Below, one piece after another: positions 29,301 through 37,008 of a stretch of 64,000 bases of DNA. A program made the position numbers and the translations under genes. Positions within the stretch are counted from its first letter, which is position 1. Every line of letters starts with the position of its first letter. The notes beneath the pieces were generated by a model. It was not told the origin of the DNA. It saw only the letters and a list, made by a program, of their open reading frames with translations, and searched no databases. This DNA comes from a virus, in IMG/VR virus record IMGVR_UViG_3300044681_000369, positions 64,001 to 128,000 of that record. One strand, 5' to 3'.

Positions 29301-29473
29301 TTAAATACATGATTACCAAATTTGCCAATCTGGTCCTGAAGTAAGGTTTGAAGTTGCGTTAGTTCTCTAGCCTGAACTGCATAGCCAGGCTTAAAGAGTA
29401 GCTTTGTATATTTTTTTGCAATCGCATCTTCCGAATTATCGAAATATGGAGATACATTTAGGTCAAGTGCCAT
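23306..29473 (-). CDS. Large baseplate-associated structural protein (VrlC/DUF4815-like)
   Basis: LNVSPYFD, LFKPGYAVQARELTQLQ, APGADR, RYTMRDIG.LE.RI..LEYY, RFKNGILVD.F, DPISQTF, C-terminal ELRAIAL. Confidence 0.85.
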   Translation of the reverse strand: MALDLNVSPYFDNSEDAIAKKYTKLLFKPGYAVQARELTQLQTLLQDQIGKFGNHVFKNGAVIAGCEFQLDVNANFIKINDLDASGLTLSDLNRYVGCTVTGQTSGITALVVNVLSGSQTTAPFLNTLYLRYISGDGETSNSYFEPSEVLLVTDAEDVTLIGDTFVANDSLVPGDQAYRGLGSFVTVNDGIVYLDGKFVEFTKETMILDPYSNLPTYKIGFELIENIVNAEEDQTLLDPAQGTFNFAAPGADRYLSTASLVKYGRNDQVSEDFQQYIEIKAGSLYTTQTEDKIYALLGKNIAKRTYDESGNYSVKPFPIRILEHLDDGTNSGLLPYNSDDPNMGGNEELLAIGIEPGKAYVRGYLAETYKTEYIIVPKGLTTRTIQENSVATSYGNYVIVDDFCGSWDVAGGGTVSLRSAATNAVTSGTLSSTAAGGSEIGTAKVRYVQYSSGTPGNAAAQYRVYLYDIKINSGQNFDSVRALYYNTTADGHADLVLESGIAVLKETKFNRLLFRLPSKATKTTKPNLAQDNSFDYTKQLSGSISTSTNSITVGVSGSESFPFSIPTLSDTEALDNVVVTLTQAATIEGTSYPAGSILDLSASGFSVSNTGTQLTINLPGSAGATAATVQVLVKVHVANADPVTKVMKEDAVVIINTNTSGDTSGTYSLGASDGWQLKHVYVGPYDETAADVVALGDDVKDQFTFDNGQRDNFYANCRIIKKPTSSLNLTDSKLVVVFDYFEHNGSPVTNYNFYTVDSYPVDDETGAAGTLKTYEIPIFTSTVSGSSYDLRDTLDFRPRYDNEISYYTNVSTAESDPSNTNPAYASTLSGPQGGAVIVPVPTEQFITDIEYYMGRKDRIVIDEEGNFSSVYGVPSLSPLEAAEPDNAMTLAVVTIPPYPSLAPNVAKVIGKPEMGVKYKLQDNRRYTMRDIGVLEQRINRLEYYSSLNLLEKAAKDLVIPSAADPGLNRFKNGILVDAFTGHNIANVKSSEHHSAIDPEKKELRAFFFLENVDLQYNSTNSSNIQKTGDLITLPYTEVNYTRNLFATKPRNCVGELLFNYIGDMQLDPPVDNWTDTSVLPDVSANFDGNYDAWEQMADAWGTQWGDWQDLGTGRVVSTETTDAVSAVYGGGDTGFQTDMQIVTSTIEQRQTRQGISISVTPETQTQRTGARVTNTSIIPFMRSITVTFKAERMKPNTRIYPFFDGIAVSEHCRPVAVSGAWNQNFTNSVEASSYADGDWGDAIITNDEGRAMGQFRIPQGQFRVGEKIFRLADDEQNREKFLTTVCSQTFSANGLAQNVQDTVISTRVAKIATNTLTDTRLTYDTQTTVNRLEGRRVGIQTTVVNNTYTTVNNTTNIQNTYVDNTTTVNNTNTTIIYPPPSPPDEPVVPTVNPETTTPRVTTTTTTAAPTTTTTTTAAPTTTTTTTTTTTTAAPTTTTTTTTTAAPTTTTAAPVPDPNPNIACWDDFWIADELSLWWDTAWQWNWNCGLAFTPGFDPISQTFMVEDMPFGMYATSVDVFFRTKSDTAAIKLELREVQNGYPSNNILPFGEVTLRPEQVNVDADNAGARTRFTFPSPVYLKNNTEYCYVLLPEGNSPDYEVWVSELGENVVNTTTRVTEQPSVGVLFTSANNRTWTAHQAEDMKFLLNRADFDINSVGLVELETQDIDYLRFDQFTGGNFDVGESIHGFSFTIDDAGSGYTNGTHSITLSGGGATTDATVDVVVSSNQISSITVTNPGAGYTSAPTISFSTISGGTDGSATVRLNSGLIQTYDTLYNVAKLYVVTGAFSASDVVGNGTAYGEVVEVEDKAINSLTANVGHMNHTPCRMVWSYSATENTGTETTAGTDFENFTADKPEELLYDASIRSFSNEYENLGGEKSFKIRVGMYTQTSTVSPVIDLRKCSMIATANDINNDDTDEETGFGSARSKYVSRRVVLDDGQEAEDLRVYLTNNLPSGTDVKVYARLQHEADPEAFEDKDWVLMETTPPSELLPTGYAEYTYDLPASVLNGSGVYEYTDAGVTYTGYKIFAIKIVMLSTKQCVVPKVRELRAIALQV
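25110..25345. repeat. Low-complexity Thr/Pro tract, (AAPTTTTTTT)n
   Basis: Repeated gttggcgccgccgttgtggtggt units. Confidence 0.9.
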
Positions 29474-29489
29474 CGCTTACTTCTCTTTT

Positions 29490-31052
29490 TTAGAAATTAA
29501 TAATTGTTCGTACTTTTTCAACTTGATCTTGCTGCCTTGTGATCTGTCTACGATTCTCAATATAGAGAATTTCGCCTGTAGTATTAATCACATCTGGCGC
29601 AGTCAAACTATTTATAGTCAAATCTGAGATCGTTTGAGTGTTGTTGCTCAATATACTTGTTGAGCTTATGCTCGGAATAATAGGAAGAAGGTAAATTTTA
29701 TTTAATTCCGATACTATTTGAGCAACAACAAACCTGCCACCAGTATTTGTCCATATCTCATCATCAACGTTGTATAACGAAACATCATCAACTTCTATGA
29801 TATAGCATGTTGTTCCTGTGTCATCCGTAAAGTTTGCATCGTTGGATTTAAGAACATTTTTAACTATGCCGACTTGTCTAAAGTCATTATTCAAGAAATA
29901 GTCTGAGGTATCATTATCCAAATTTACAGATACGCACACGTTTGTGGCATATAACTCTTTTATAGGATTTGATCCGTGACCATAATAAGGTGATACTGTG
30001 GCTTTTGCAACTGCGCCAGTTCCCAACCCAAGAATGTTATTGAAATAGACTTCAGCAAAAGTGTATCCGGTTCCTTGATTGGTTATTCTAACATTTGAAA
30101 TTTCACCAAATGCGTTTACTTCGGCTACTGCCTCTGCGCCTGTTCCATCGCCAACAATTTGCACAAGAACATCATCTATAGAATAATTTTCACCTACGGC
30201 TGTCAAAACAATTCGATCTACCGTTCCTGGAATAGCGGCTGCCTCAATATTCTCTTGAATTACTGAGGTAGGATTATTGCCTAACTCAACAGAAAACTCT
30301 GCGCCGCTTCCGGTTCCATTATCAACAAGAGTCAAATATGCAAATGAATAACCACTACCGCCAGTAAAGGATACCGAAGTAATTTCTCCAGCCTCATTAA
30401 CACCATCAATAGTAACTGTTGCTCCGTTGCCGTCCCCATGAACAATAACTTGCGGAACGTTACCGATATCGTAGCCAGAACCTGGATTTACAATAGTGAT
30501 TTGATCAAGTTCACCATTAATATCATATAACGGTTGACCAACACCTGCCATTTTTCTAACAGGAATATAATCAACAGTTAAGAACTTGATCTCGTCTGAA
30601 GCCTCAACGCTAAACATGTATTTCCAAACATAGCCGTCTGGCAACAAAAATGCATTATTAACATCTTCGTTGGAGGGCTTATACTGACTAGGCGAACCAT
30701 TGTTATTGTTTAGGCACTTGTATACTCTCATGTCAGACGTTAAGACATAAAAGTTTGATTGAGACAAATCAATGTCATCTTCATACTGATCGTATACAGT
30801 ATCTTGTTCCCAATCAATTCGTCTTGCCATAAGGACAACATCCGTCGGCTGAACTCTCTTAACAAACATCATATTTCTATGAGTTGTTCCATTATAGAAT
30901 TCAGTGTCCAGAGGTTCTTCTTCAATTGGCTCATTAGACCATTCTGTGGTTTTACCCACAAAGATATAAAAGAAGTCGTTTTCGTTTACAATATCACGAT
31001 AGAAACTTCTTGCCAATTCTTGTCTTGCAAGACTTCTTAGCAATAAGGCCAC
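29490..31052 (-). CDS. gp8: Baseplate wedge subunit
   Basis: FYVLTSDMRVYKCLNN, DGYVWKYMF, GHGSNPIKEL, NDFRQVGIVKN, GEILYIENR. Confidence 0.9.
   Translation of the reverse strand: MALLLRSLARQELARSFYRDIVNENDFFYIFVGKTTEWSNEPIEEEPLDTEFYNGTTHRNMMFVKRVQPTDVVLMARRIDWEQDTVYDQYEDDIDLSQSNFYVLTSDMRVYKCLNNNNGSPSQYKPSNEDVNNAFLLPDGYVWKYMFSVEASDEIKFLTVDYIPVRKMAGVGQPLYDINGELDQITIVNPGSGYDIGNVPQVIVHGDGNGATVTIDGVNEAGEITSVSFTGGSGYSFAYLTLVDNGTGSGAEFSVELGNNPTSVIQENIEAAAIPGTVDRIVLTAVGENYSIDDVLVQIVGDGTGAEAVAEVNAFGEISNVRITNQGTGYTFAEVYFNNILGLGTGAVAKATVSPYYGHGSNPIKELYATNVCVSVNLDNDTSDYFLNNDFRQVGIVKNVLKSNDANFTDDTGTTCYIIEVDDVSLYNVDDEIWTNTGGRFVVAQIVSELNKIYLLPIIPSISSTSILSNNTQTISDLTINSLTAPDVINTTGEILYIENRRQITRQQDQVEKVRTIINF
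29609..29616 (-). promoter_or_regulatory. Late promoter TATAAATA (intragenic, upstream of the VrlC-like gene)
   Basis: Exact consensus ~135 nt before ATG 29473. Confidence 0.55.
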
Positions 31053-31070
31053 AATAGCGTCCTACTTAAA

Positions 31071-31529
31071 TTATTCTACAGTGACCGTCCAGGTGATGGT
31101 CATAGAGTCACCCGCGGCCTTGTTGATTACCGCAAACTCTGTACGACATAGCATTGTTCCAGCACTAGCATCGTTAAAGATACCAGCTTCTGTAATTGCA
31201 CCTGTGCCATTACCAGCCGCAAACGTGGCAACATATTGTACCGAATTGTTTGTGGTAGTTGCAGAAGTTAGTGTCGCACGATATAGCTCATGCTCTAGTG
31301 CTGTGTCGCCAGCGGCTGGGTTAGTAGCACCGCCAGCTTGGTCGCCGTCGCCAATTGCCATATGCGACATGACGCCAGCGGATGCGGAAGTCATGCGTGA
31401 TGCAATATAGTCTAAACCAGCATCAACAACTAGGTTGGTTACGTTATATTCCTGCTTTAGGTTGCCAGAAGCATCGTTAACAACGATGTTTAGCTTACCG
31501 GTTGCGGAAAGAAATTCGATATTTCTCAT
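31071..31529 (-). CDS. Tail/baseplate structural protein (fibre-attachment-type domain)
   Basis: NLVVDAG...MAIG...ITEAGIFN...MLCRTEFAVINK...ITWTV. Confidence 0.75.
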   Translation of the reverse strand: MRNIEFLSATGKLNIVVNDASGNLKQEYNVTNLVVDAGLDYIASRMTSASAGVMSHMAIGDGDQAGGATNPAAGDTALEHELYRATLTSATTTNNSVQYVATFAAGNGTGAITEAGIFNDASAGTMLCRTEFAVINKAAGDSMTITWTVTVE

Positions 31530-31558
31530 GATTTTTACCTTCTTCTTGGTTTAAAAAT

Positions 31559-34500
31559 TTAGATTGAATAATTCGTGCCGACGTAATCACCGGAATGAAA
31601 GTCGCCAGCCCAATAATCCTGTATATTTATAATGCCTGACTCACTAGTTCCTAAAGTATCTACTGTCTGTTTTGCCAGAGATGAACTCTGATTTTCCATT
31701 AAGTGTAATGTTGACTGCGCACCGCCCCCATTTGAGGCTATTGATATATTTTCATTTACTTCATTTGTCTCATTTACAACAGGACCATGGAAAACAATAC
31801 GATCATCGCCTACTGATGTTGCATCTACAACACTCTTTACTGTGTGTCCAGAAAATACATCGGTTACTATCGGATCGTCATTAGGAACAGTAAATACTGG
31901 CTGATTAACTACAGTATCCGAAGTAGATACAACTTCTGTAATAACTTTCTGATATGTTACATTATATAGCTCACCTACAATTGCGTTTTCTACTATAACT
32001 TTTTCCATAGAATATATGGCATTATCAATAGCTTTAAGAATTACGTCTGAATTTGCAACATAATCCTCAGCAAAGTAGGCTGGTTGACCTGGATCCATAT
32101 ATGGCGTTTCGATCAAGGAATCACTTGAAGCATCCAAATACTTCTCAAACATTGTGGTGCGATCTTCACTATGAGATGCAACATCTGATAGTAATTTTAC
32201 AACATCAATATTTGTGTTTGTTGTTGTAAGTCCATAATCAGCAAGAGATTTGCCTACATCAAACGTTTCTGCATGTAAGGTTGTTGCAGTATCGGTTTCA
32301 CCTTTTTCAACTAATGTGAAAGAAGAGTCAAATGCGCCGCTCGTTGAGTCTGATGTTGGTTTATAATAATCCGCAACATGTGATTCGGAAAGTGTGGCTA
32401 CATCTGCCAGCTCTTTCAGGAATTCCACAGCAACAACTTCATTGGTATCTAACAATTCAGATACAAGATTATAGAAGTGAATTGGCTGTCTCTGAATGTT
32501 GAACGTACCAAAAGAGATAGTATTTCGAATTAATAATTCTCCAAATAATGCCATACCTGCTGGATGTACGGTATTCTTTACCATTGTCATCCAGTTTACG
32601 GACGGGATCTTTGACCGAATTACATATGAATAGTTCTGATAGTATAAGTTGTCCTGAAGTTTATTAACATCAGACAACATGCCTCTTCTATCTTTATTTC
32701 TTCCAAGTCTTTGTGTTATTGCACCGGTTTCAATTCGAAGTGTCGCAACACCATTTCCTGTTTTCGATGTGATGTTGACATCAATTACTTGATTTTCAAA
32801 TCCTGAACCGGAAGAGAAGACGGTTACCGCTGTAGGCGCACCATCTGCATCAACAGATGTAATCTGAATACTTGCTTTGTTGTCAACACCAGTCTTAACA
32901 TAATCGCCAGCAAAATAATTTAAACTTGTATCTCGATAGGAATAGACATATGTTCCGGCAATACCGGACTCAATAATGTCATATACTTCATTTACCTTAA
33001 ATCCATAATTTGGTGTACCAGTAGTTTCAATGACTGAAACACTAGAAATGCCTCTGGTTAAATAACCATATTTTACAGTTGGATCAGTTTCTAGATATAC
33101 ATATGTTTCAATATCGGTGGTGTCAAACTCAACATTAGTGTCTTCTGTGTTATAATTTTCTCCACCAGCAATCATGGTAACATATTTTATGCCACCATTT
33201 CCATCTAGAACTGCTCTTGCTTGTGCGCCACTTGCATCATTATCGCCGACAAAATTGACGGTTGGCGCGGCAAAATAGCCGCTGCCATTCGAATCTAGTG
33301 CATCAATAAATCTGTGTTCGGATCCTGTGCCTACACCAGTAAAGTTTATAAAATATTCTTTAGATAGAATATTATAATCGCTTGATCCTGTGCCAGTAAT
33401 ATTAACATTGGAATACAACGATATGCCCATATATGGTTGGCTATCGTCGGCGTCTTCCTCAGTTTCTTTATTTGCAAAGTAACCTTCTTCGGCATATCTT
33501 GGATCTGCATCTAGTAAGGTTTCTGCAAGTTTAATCGTATTGTCATCAATTTTAATTACATAATATGAAGTCCTATCTTCCAGTCCAACTACTGGATCTA
33601 CAGGATTTTGATAGATTACAAGATCGCCAGTTAAAAATCCATGATTAGGAATAGTAATAGTATCATCAGCTACGTTTACAGCACTGCTACTAAAGAATGT
33701 TTTTGGTGTTATCCTGTTTAGGGAAACATCGTCCATGTATAGACGAAAATAATCTTTGTCTATCTTCTTTACATAATAATGACGATATGAAATTAATCCA
33801 CCAATTGGTTCGTTTCCATAACCAGGATCATAGACTACAATATCTCCGGTTTCTAAACCGTGATCTTCAACAAAGATTCTGCCGTATCTTAATCCTACAG
33901 ACGACCCAATTGTTGTCATATAATCTTCAGCAAAATAATCGCCTGGATCATCGTCTGTTGATGCAACATATGCCGTTGAGTTTGCGCCAGGATCAAACAC
34001 ATATGATCTATCGGCAGGATCGGCAGTAACTGCCACAATTTCGCCGTCTACAATTAATGGTTGACCAGATGCACCAGAGCCAGGAAGTGTAATTGTATCT
34101 TGGTCCAAACGCTCAACCACAAGTTCATATGTGGGTTTTGTTGAATACGCAAGTTTAGAAATTGAGATAACCCGCAAATCGTGGGTATCAAAAGTGTTTA
34201 CTCCAAATAATGTTTTTGGAGAATAAACTTTAATGTATTTTCCTGCTAATTCAAACGGATTACCTGTAGTTAATCCGTTTGTCTGAATTCTTATTATTTG
34301 TTCTCTTAACCATACACCATCAGATGCTCTGAGCATGTATTTTGATGGGTATATAATTTCAGGTTTTTCATTGAAAAAGGTTCTGAAAAGAAACTCAATA
34401 GACTTTTCAGAACCCTTTGCCTCATAAAATTCTCGAATAAATTTAACAAGAAGTCTATCAGTAACTAATGTATTTGTCGGAAACATTTGGAGAAATTGTT

Positions 34501-34705
34501 CACTAAATTTAGGAACAAAGACATCCAAAGTTTCATTAATGTCAGACCAAGACGCGGCGTTTAATAATAGTCCGTTTGCTTGAGTTTCTTGATCCAAAAA
34601 CTCATAGTATTTTTCTAGGAAAAGAACAAATTGAGGATATTCCTGCCTAATATAACTAGGCAGTTGATTCTCAATTAAATACGATAAAGAATTTTTAAAA
34701 TTCAT
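31559..34705 (-). CDS. gp7: Baseplate wedge initiator (gp7-like)
   Basis: QLPSYIRQEYPQFVLFLEKYYEFL, FYEAKGSEKSIEFLFR, LQDNLYYQNYSYVI, VHPAGMALFG; lies between gp6 and gp8. Confidence 0.8.
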   Translation of the reverse strand: MNFKNSLSYLIENQLPSYIRQEYPQFVLFLEKYYEFLDQETQANGLLLNAASWSDINETLDVFVPKFSEQFLQMFPTNTLVTDRLLVKFIREFYEAKGSEKSIEFLFRTFFNEKPEIIYPSKYMLRASDGVWLREQIIRIQTNGLTTGNPFELAGKYIKVYSPKTLFGVNTFDTHDLRVISISKLAYSTKPTYELVVERLDQDTITLPGSGASGQPLIVDGEIVAVTADPADRSYVFDPGANSTAYVASTDDDPGDYFAEDYMTTIGSSVGLRYGRIFVEDHGLETGDIVVYDPGYGNEPIGGLISYRHYYVKKIDKDYFRLYMDDVSLNRITPKTFFSSSAVNVADDTITIPNHGFLTGDLVIYQNPVDPVVGLEDRTSYYVIKIDDNTIKLAETLLDADPRYAEEGYFANKETEEDADDSQPYMGISLYSNVNITGTGSSDYNILSKEYFINFTGVGTGSEHRFIDALDSNGSGYFAAPTVNFVGDNDASGAQARAVLDGNGGIKYVTMIAGGENYNTEDTNVEFDTTDIETYVYLETDPTVKYGYLTRGISSVSVIETTGTPNYGFKVNEVYDIIESGIAGTYVYSYRDTSLNYFAGDYVKTGVDNKASIQITSVDADGAPTAVTVFSSGSGFENQVIDVNITSKTGNGVATLRIETGAITQRLGRNKDRRGMLSDVNKLQDNLYYQNYSYVIRSKIPSVNWMTMVKNTVHPAGMALFGELLIRNTISFGTFNIQRQPIHFYNLVSELLDTNEVVAVEFLKELADVATLSESHVADYYKPTSDSTSGAFDSSFTLVEKGETDTATTLHAETFDVGKSLADYGLTTTNTNIDVVKLLSDVASHSEDRTTMFEKYLDASSDSLIETPYMDPGQPAYFAEDYVANSDVILKAIDNAIYSMEKVIVENAIVGELYNVTYQKVITEVVSTSDTVVNQPVFTVPNDDPIVTDVFSGHTVKSVVDATSVGDDRIVFHGPVVNETNEVNENISIASNGGGAQSTLHLMENQSSSLAKQTVDTLGTSESGIINIQDYWAGDFHSGDYVGTNYSI
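31624..31631 (-). promoter_or_regulatory. Late promoter TATAAATA
   Basis: Exact consensus ~95 nt upstream of ATG 31529. Confidence 0.55.
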
Positions 34706-36582
34706 TAGTTATTGGTTCCAACAACAGAAATATTAAGTCCTCTAAGATAGCCGGACTCGGTATTTGCTACCGTATTATCTCTTGCAATAACAGAGCTTTT
34801 GCTAGGATTAGCAAAAACGGCTTCAGTAGATACTTCTGTATTTCTTAGTGGTCTAACAATGACATCCGGAGAATTGTGTTGGCACTTGCTATAAACCCTA
34901 AAAGTTACACCATTTCCAGATATTCCGGTTATTAGTAATGCCGGAAATTTAATTCTACCAGTTTCATAATTTACAGTACCAACACTATATGAAACTGGAC
35001 TATCGTCTTCAACCCTAAACATAGTTAACGTGTTTGTATTGCTTGTAGTATAAGTATCCGCAATATACACTTCTGCATTACTTCCACCAGCTAAAATAGT
35101 ATTGAAGTTGCAAGACCTAACAGTTCCTGGTCTTAATGGTGTGTCAAATTTAAAATCAATAGTATTCTTTTCTCCTAAATATGGAGTATGTCTCTTGTGT
35201 AAAGTTACATCAAGATTTACCGAATACAAAGAGTTTGTTGTTTGTAAAATGTTATCCAAAAGTTCAGAATAGTAAAAGTTCTTTTTAACTTTTGCAATAT
35301 CATTTACAAAATAATTATTAATCTGCTCTGATATATACCCTTGAATCTGAGATGAAGATAGTGTCGATTTTCTTGCATTAAATTTAGCATTGACATTCAA
35401 TGAAATGTAGGTATATTCTGGATCAACAAAAGCTGCCTGAATTCCAACTACACCTCTTGGTTCTAAGACCTCTTTCACAATCATATCTTTATCTTGTTGA
35501 GTAACAAATGACCCAGCAAGAGGTTCAATACAAATAAACACCTTTCCATAAATTGGCGGATCATTTTCTTCTCCGCCCCAGACAGTGATTGAATTGATAT
35601 TCGAATATCTGCTATAAATTAGAGCCTGATAATCATCTTTAGTTACCGCTCTATTTTTTGTAGCATTAAATTTAGGTGCAATATATCGGATTGAGTCTAA
35701 AGTTTGTTTTGGTGCCCCACCAGAGGTTGGACCTTCCGAAACATAAACAGACTCGCCCTCTGCTACAATTGTGGCACTTGTTGTTAACGATCTGATACCA
35801 TTTGCAAGTTGTCCTGAACTTACAAGATATTCAACAAATACAATATTACCGGGCAATAATGCTTTTCCTAAAACATTATCTCCAAAACGCAACTCATGTT
35901 TTCCTGATCCATTTTCTTCAATGAAGAAAATTTCAGATTCTCCATCAACATCCAGAATGCTCTCTACTGCATTCCACTGTGAAAGTACCTCTTGAGTTGC
36001 GCTCTGTTTAACTCTAACCAAAATGGTTGTAGTGTCAATGTCGGCATTGTTTAAAACCAAAGGACCAGAAACGTTTTCGGTAGTTATAGTAAACGATTGT
36101 GTCACTCGTTTACCTTGAATTAAATCTACGGTAAATAAAAATTGGTCATCAGAAAGATCCGCATACACGGTTTCTTTAGGATAAAAAGAATATACTGTTC
36201 CGGTAGGAGAAGTTCCTCTAAATTCCGTAGTTCTGGAAATTGTTGCATTCCTATACAAACCAAGGTCTTCAGCTGGAGGAACTACAGTAATAGTTGCATC
36301 AAAAAGTCTTGCCGATCTTGTTGATGTTGGAGTATATCCCAATGCTTTTGCAATCGATACGGCAGAAGAACGTTTTACTGCACTGTCAATGAACATCTCA
36401 TTAGATAGAAGATGTGCTAATGTTGCATTATAGTGTGTATTGTATGCAAGCAAATCGATTAACACAGAAAGACCTGCGCCATCAAAATTATAATCAGCAA
36501 ACTCTTCTTGCTGACTTAAAAATTGCTTTAAGTTTGCTTTGATACCATCAAAGTCTAATTCTGCTACGTTTAACTGTGCCAT
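34705..36582 (-). CDS. gp6: Baseplate wedge subunit
   Basis: ELDFDGIKANLK, LLAYNTHY, FGDNVLG, RAVTKDDY, WGGEENDPP.YGKVFI. Confidence 0.95.
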   Translation of the reverse strand: MAQLNVAELDFDGIKANLKQFLSQQEEFADYNFDGAGLSVLIDLLAYNTHYNATLAHLLSNEMFIDSAVKRSSAVSIAKALGYTPTSTRSARLFDATITVVPPAEDLGLYRNATISRTTEFRGTSPTGTVYSFYPKETVYADLSDDQFLFTVDLIQGKRVTQSFTITTENVSGPLVLNNADIDTTTILVRVKQSATQEVLSQWNAVESILDVDGESEIFFIEENGSGKHELRFGDNVLGKALLPGNIVFVEYLVSSGQLANGIRSLTTSATIVAEGESVYVSEGPTSGGAPKQTLDSIRYIAPKFNATKNRAVTKDDYQALIYSRYSNINSITVWGGEENDPPIYGKVFICIEPLAGSFVTQQDKDMIVKEVLEPRGVVGIQAAFVDPEYTYISLNVNAKFNARKSTLSSSQIQGYISEQINNYFVNDIAKVKKNFYYSELLDNILQTTNSLYSVNLDVTLHKRHTPYLGEKNTIDFKFDTPLRPGTVRSCNFNTILAGGSNAEVYIADTYTTSNTNTLTMFRVEDDSPVSYSVGTVNYETGRIKFPALLITGISGNGVTFRVYSKCQHNSPDVIVRPLRNTEVSTEAVFANPSKSSVIARDNTVANTESGYLRGLNISVVGTNN

Positions 36583-36583
36583 A

Positions 36584-36982
36584 TTATCTGCTTCTAGTTA
36601 ACATTGTGGTGAATTTTGCCGGGTCTTTAATACCGTAAACATAAAATGTAATAGTCACCGAATAAGCATTTAAATCTGGATCTGGCTCAACGACAATTTG
36701 CTGTCGCCTAACTCTGGGCTCAAACTGATTAATCATCAAGTCAATCTGAACCTCAATTGAGTTTGCCGTAATTGCATCAAGATTTTCAAATAGTAATTTG
36801 TATACTGGTGATCCCAAATTTGGCTGAAAGGGTCTTTCGTAAAACTGAGTTAATATCAGATTTTTTAAAGACTGTTTTACCGCATTAACATCATATTTTT
36901 TAGACACATCCCCGGTAACTGGATTTGCGGTAAAGCCCAGATCAAAATCGGAATAAAGTCTTGTTATCTCTTTTGTTCTCAT
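36584..36982 (-). CDS. gp25: Baseplate wedge subunit / sheath initiator
   Basis: AVKQSLKNLILT...ERPFQP.LGS...FEPRV. Confidence 0.95.
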   Translation of the reverse strand: MRTKEITRLYSDFDLGFTANPVTGDVSKKYDVNAVKQSLKNLILTQFYERPFQPNLGSPVYKLLFENLDAITANSIEVQIDLMINQFEPRVRRQQIVVEPDPDLNAYSVTITFYVYGIKDPAKFTTMLTRSR

Positions 36983-36988
36983 AACTCT

Positions 36989-36996
36989 TATTTATG
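36989..36996 (-). promoter_or_regulatory. Late promoter variant CATAAATA upstream of gp25
   Basis: Intergenic, 7/8 match to TATAAATA. Confidence 0.55.
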
Positions 36997-37008
36997 TCGT
37001 TTTGCGGT

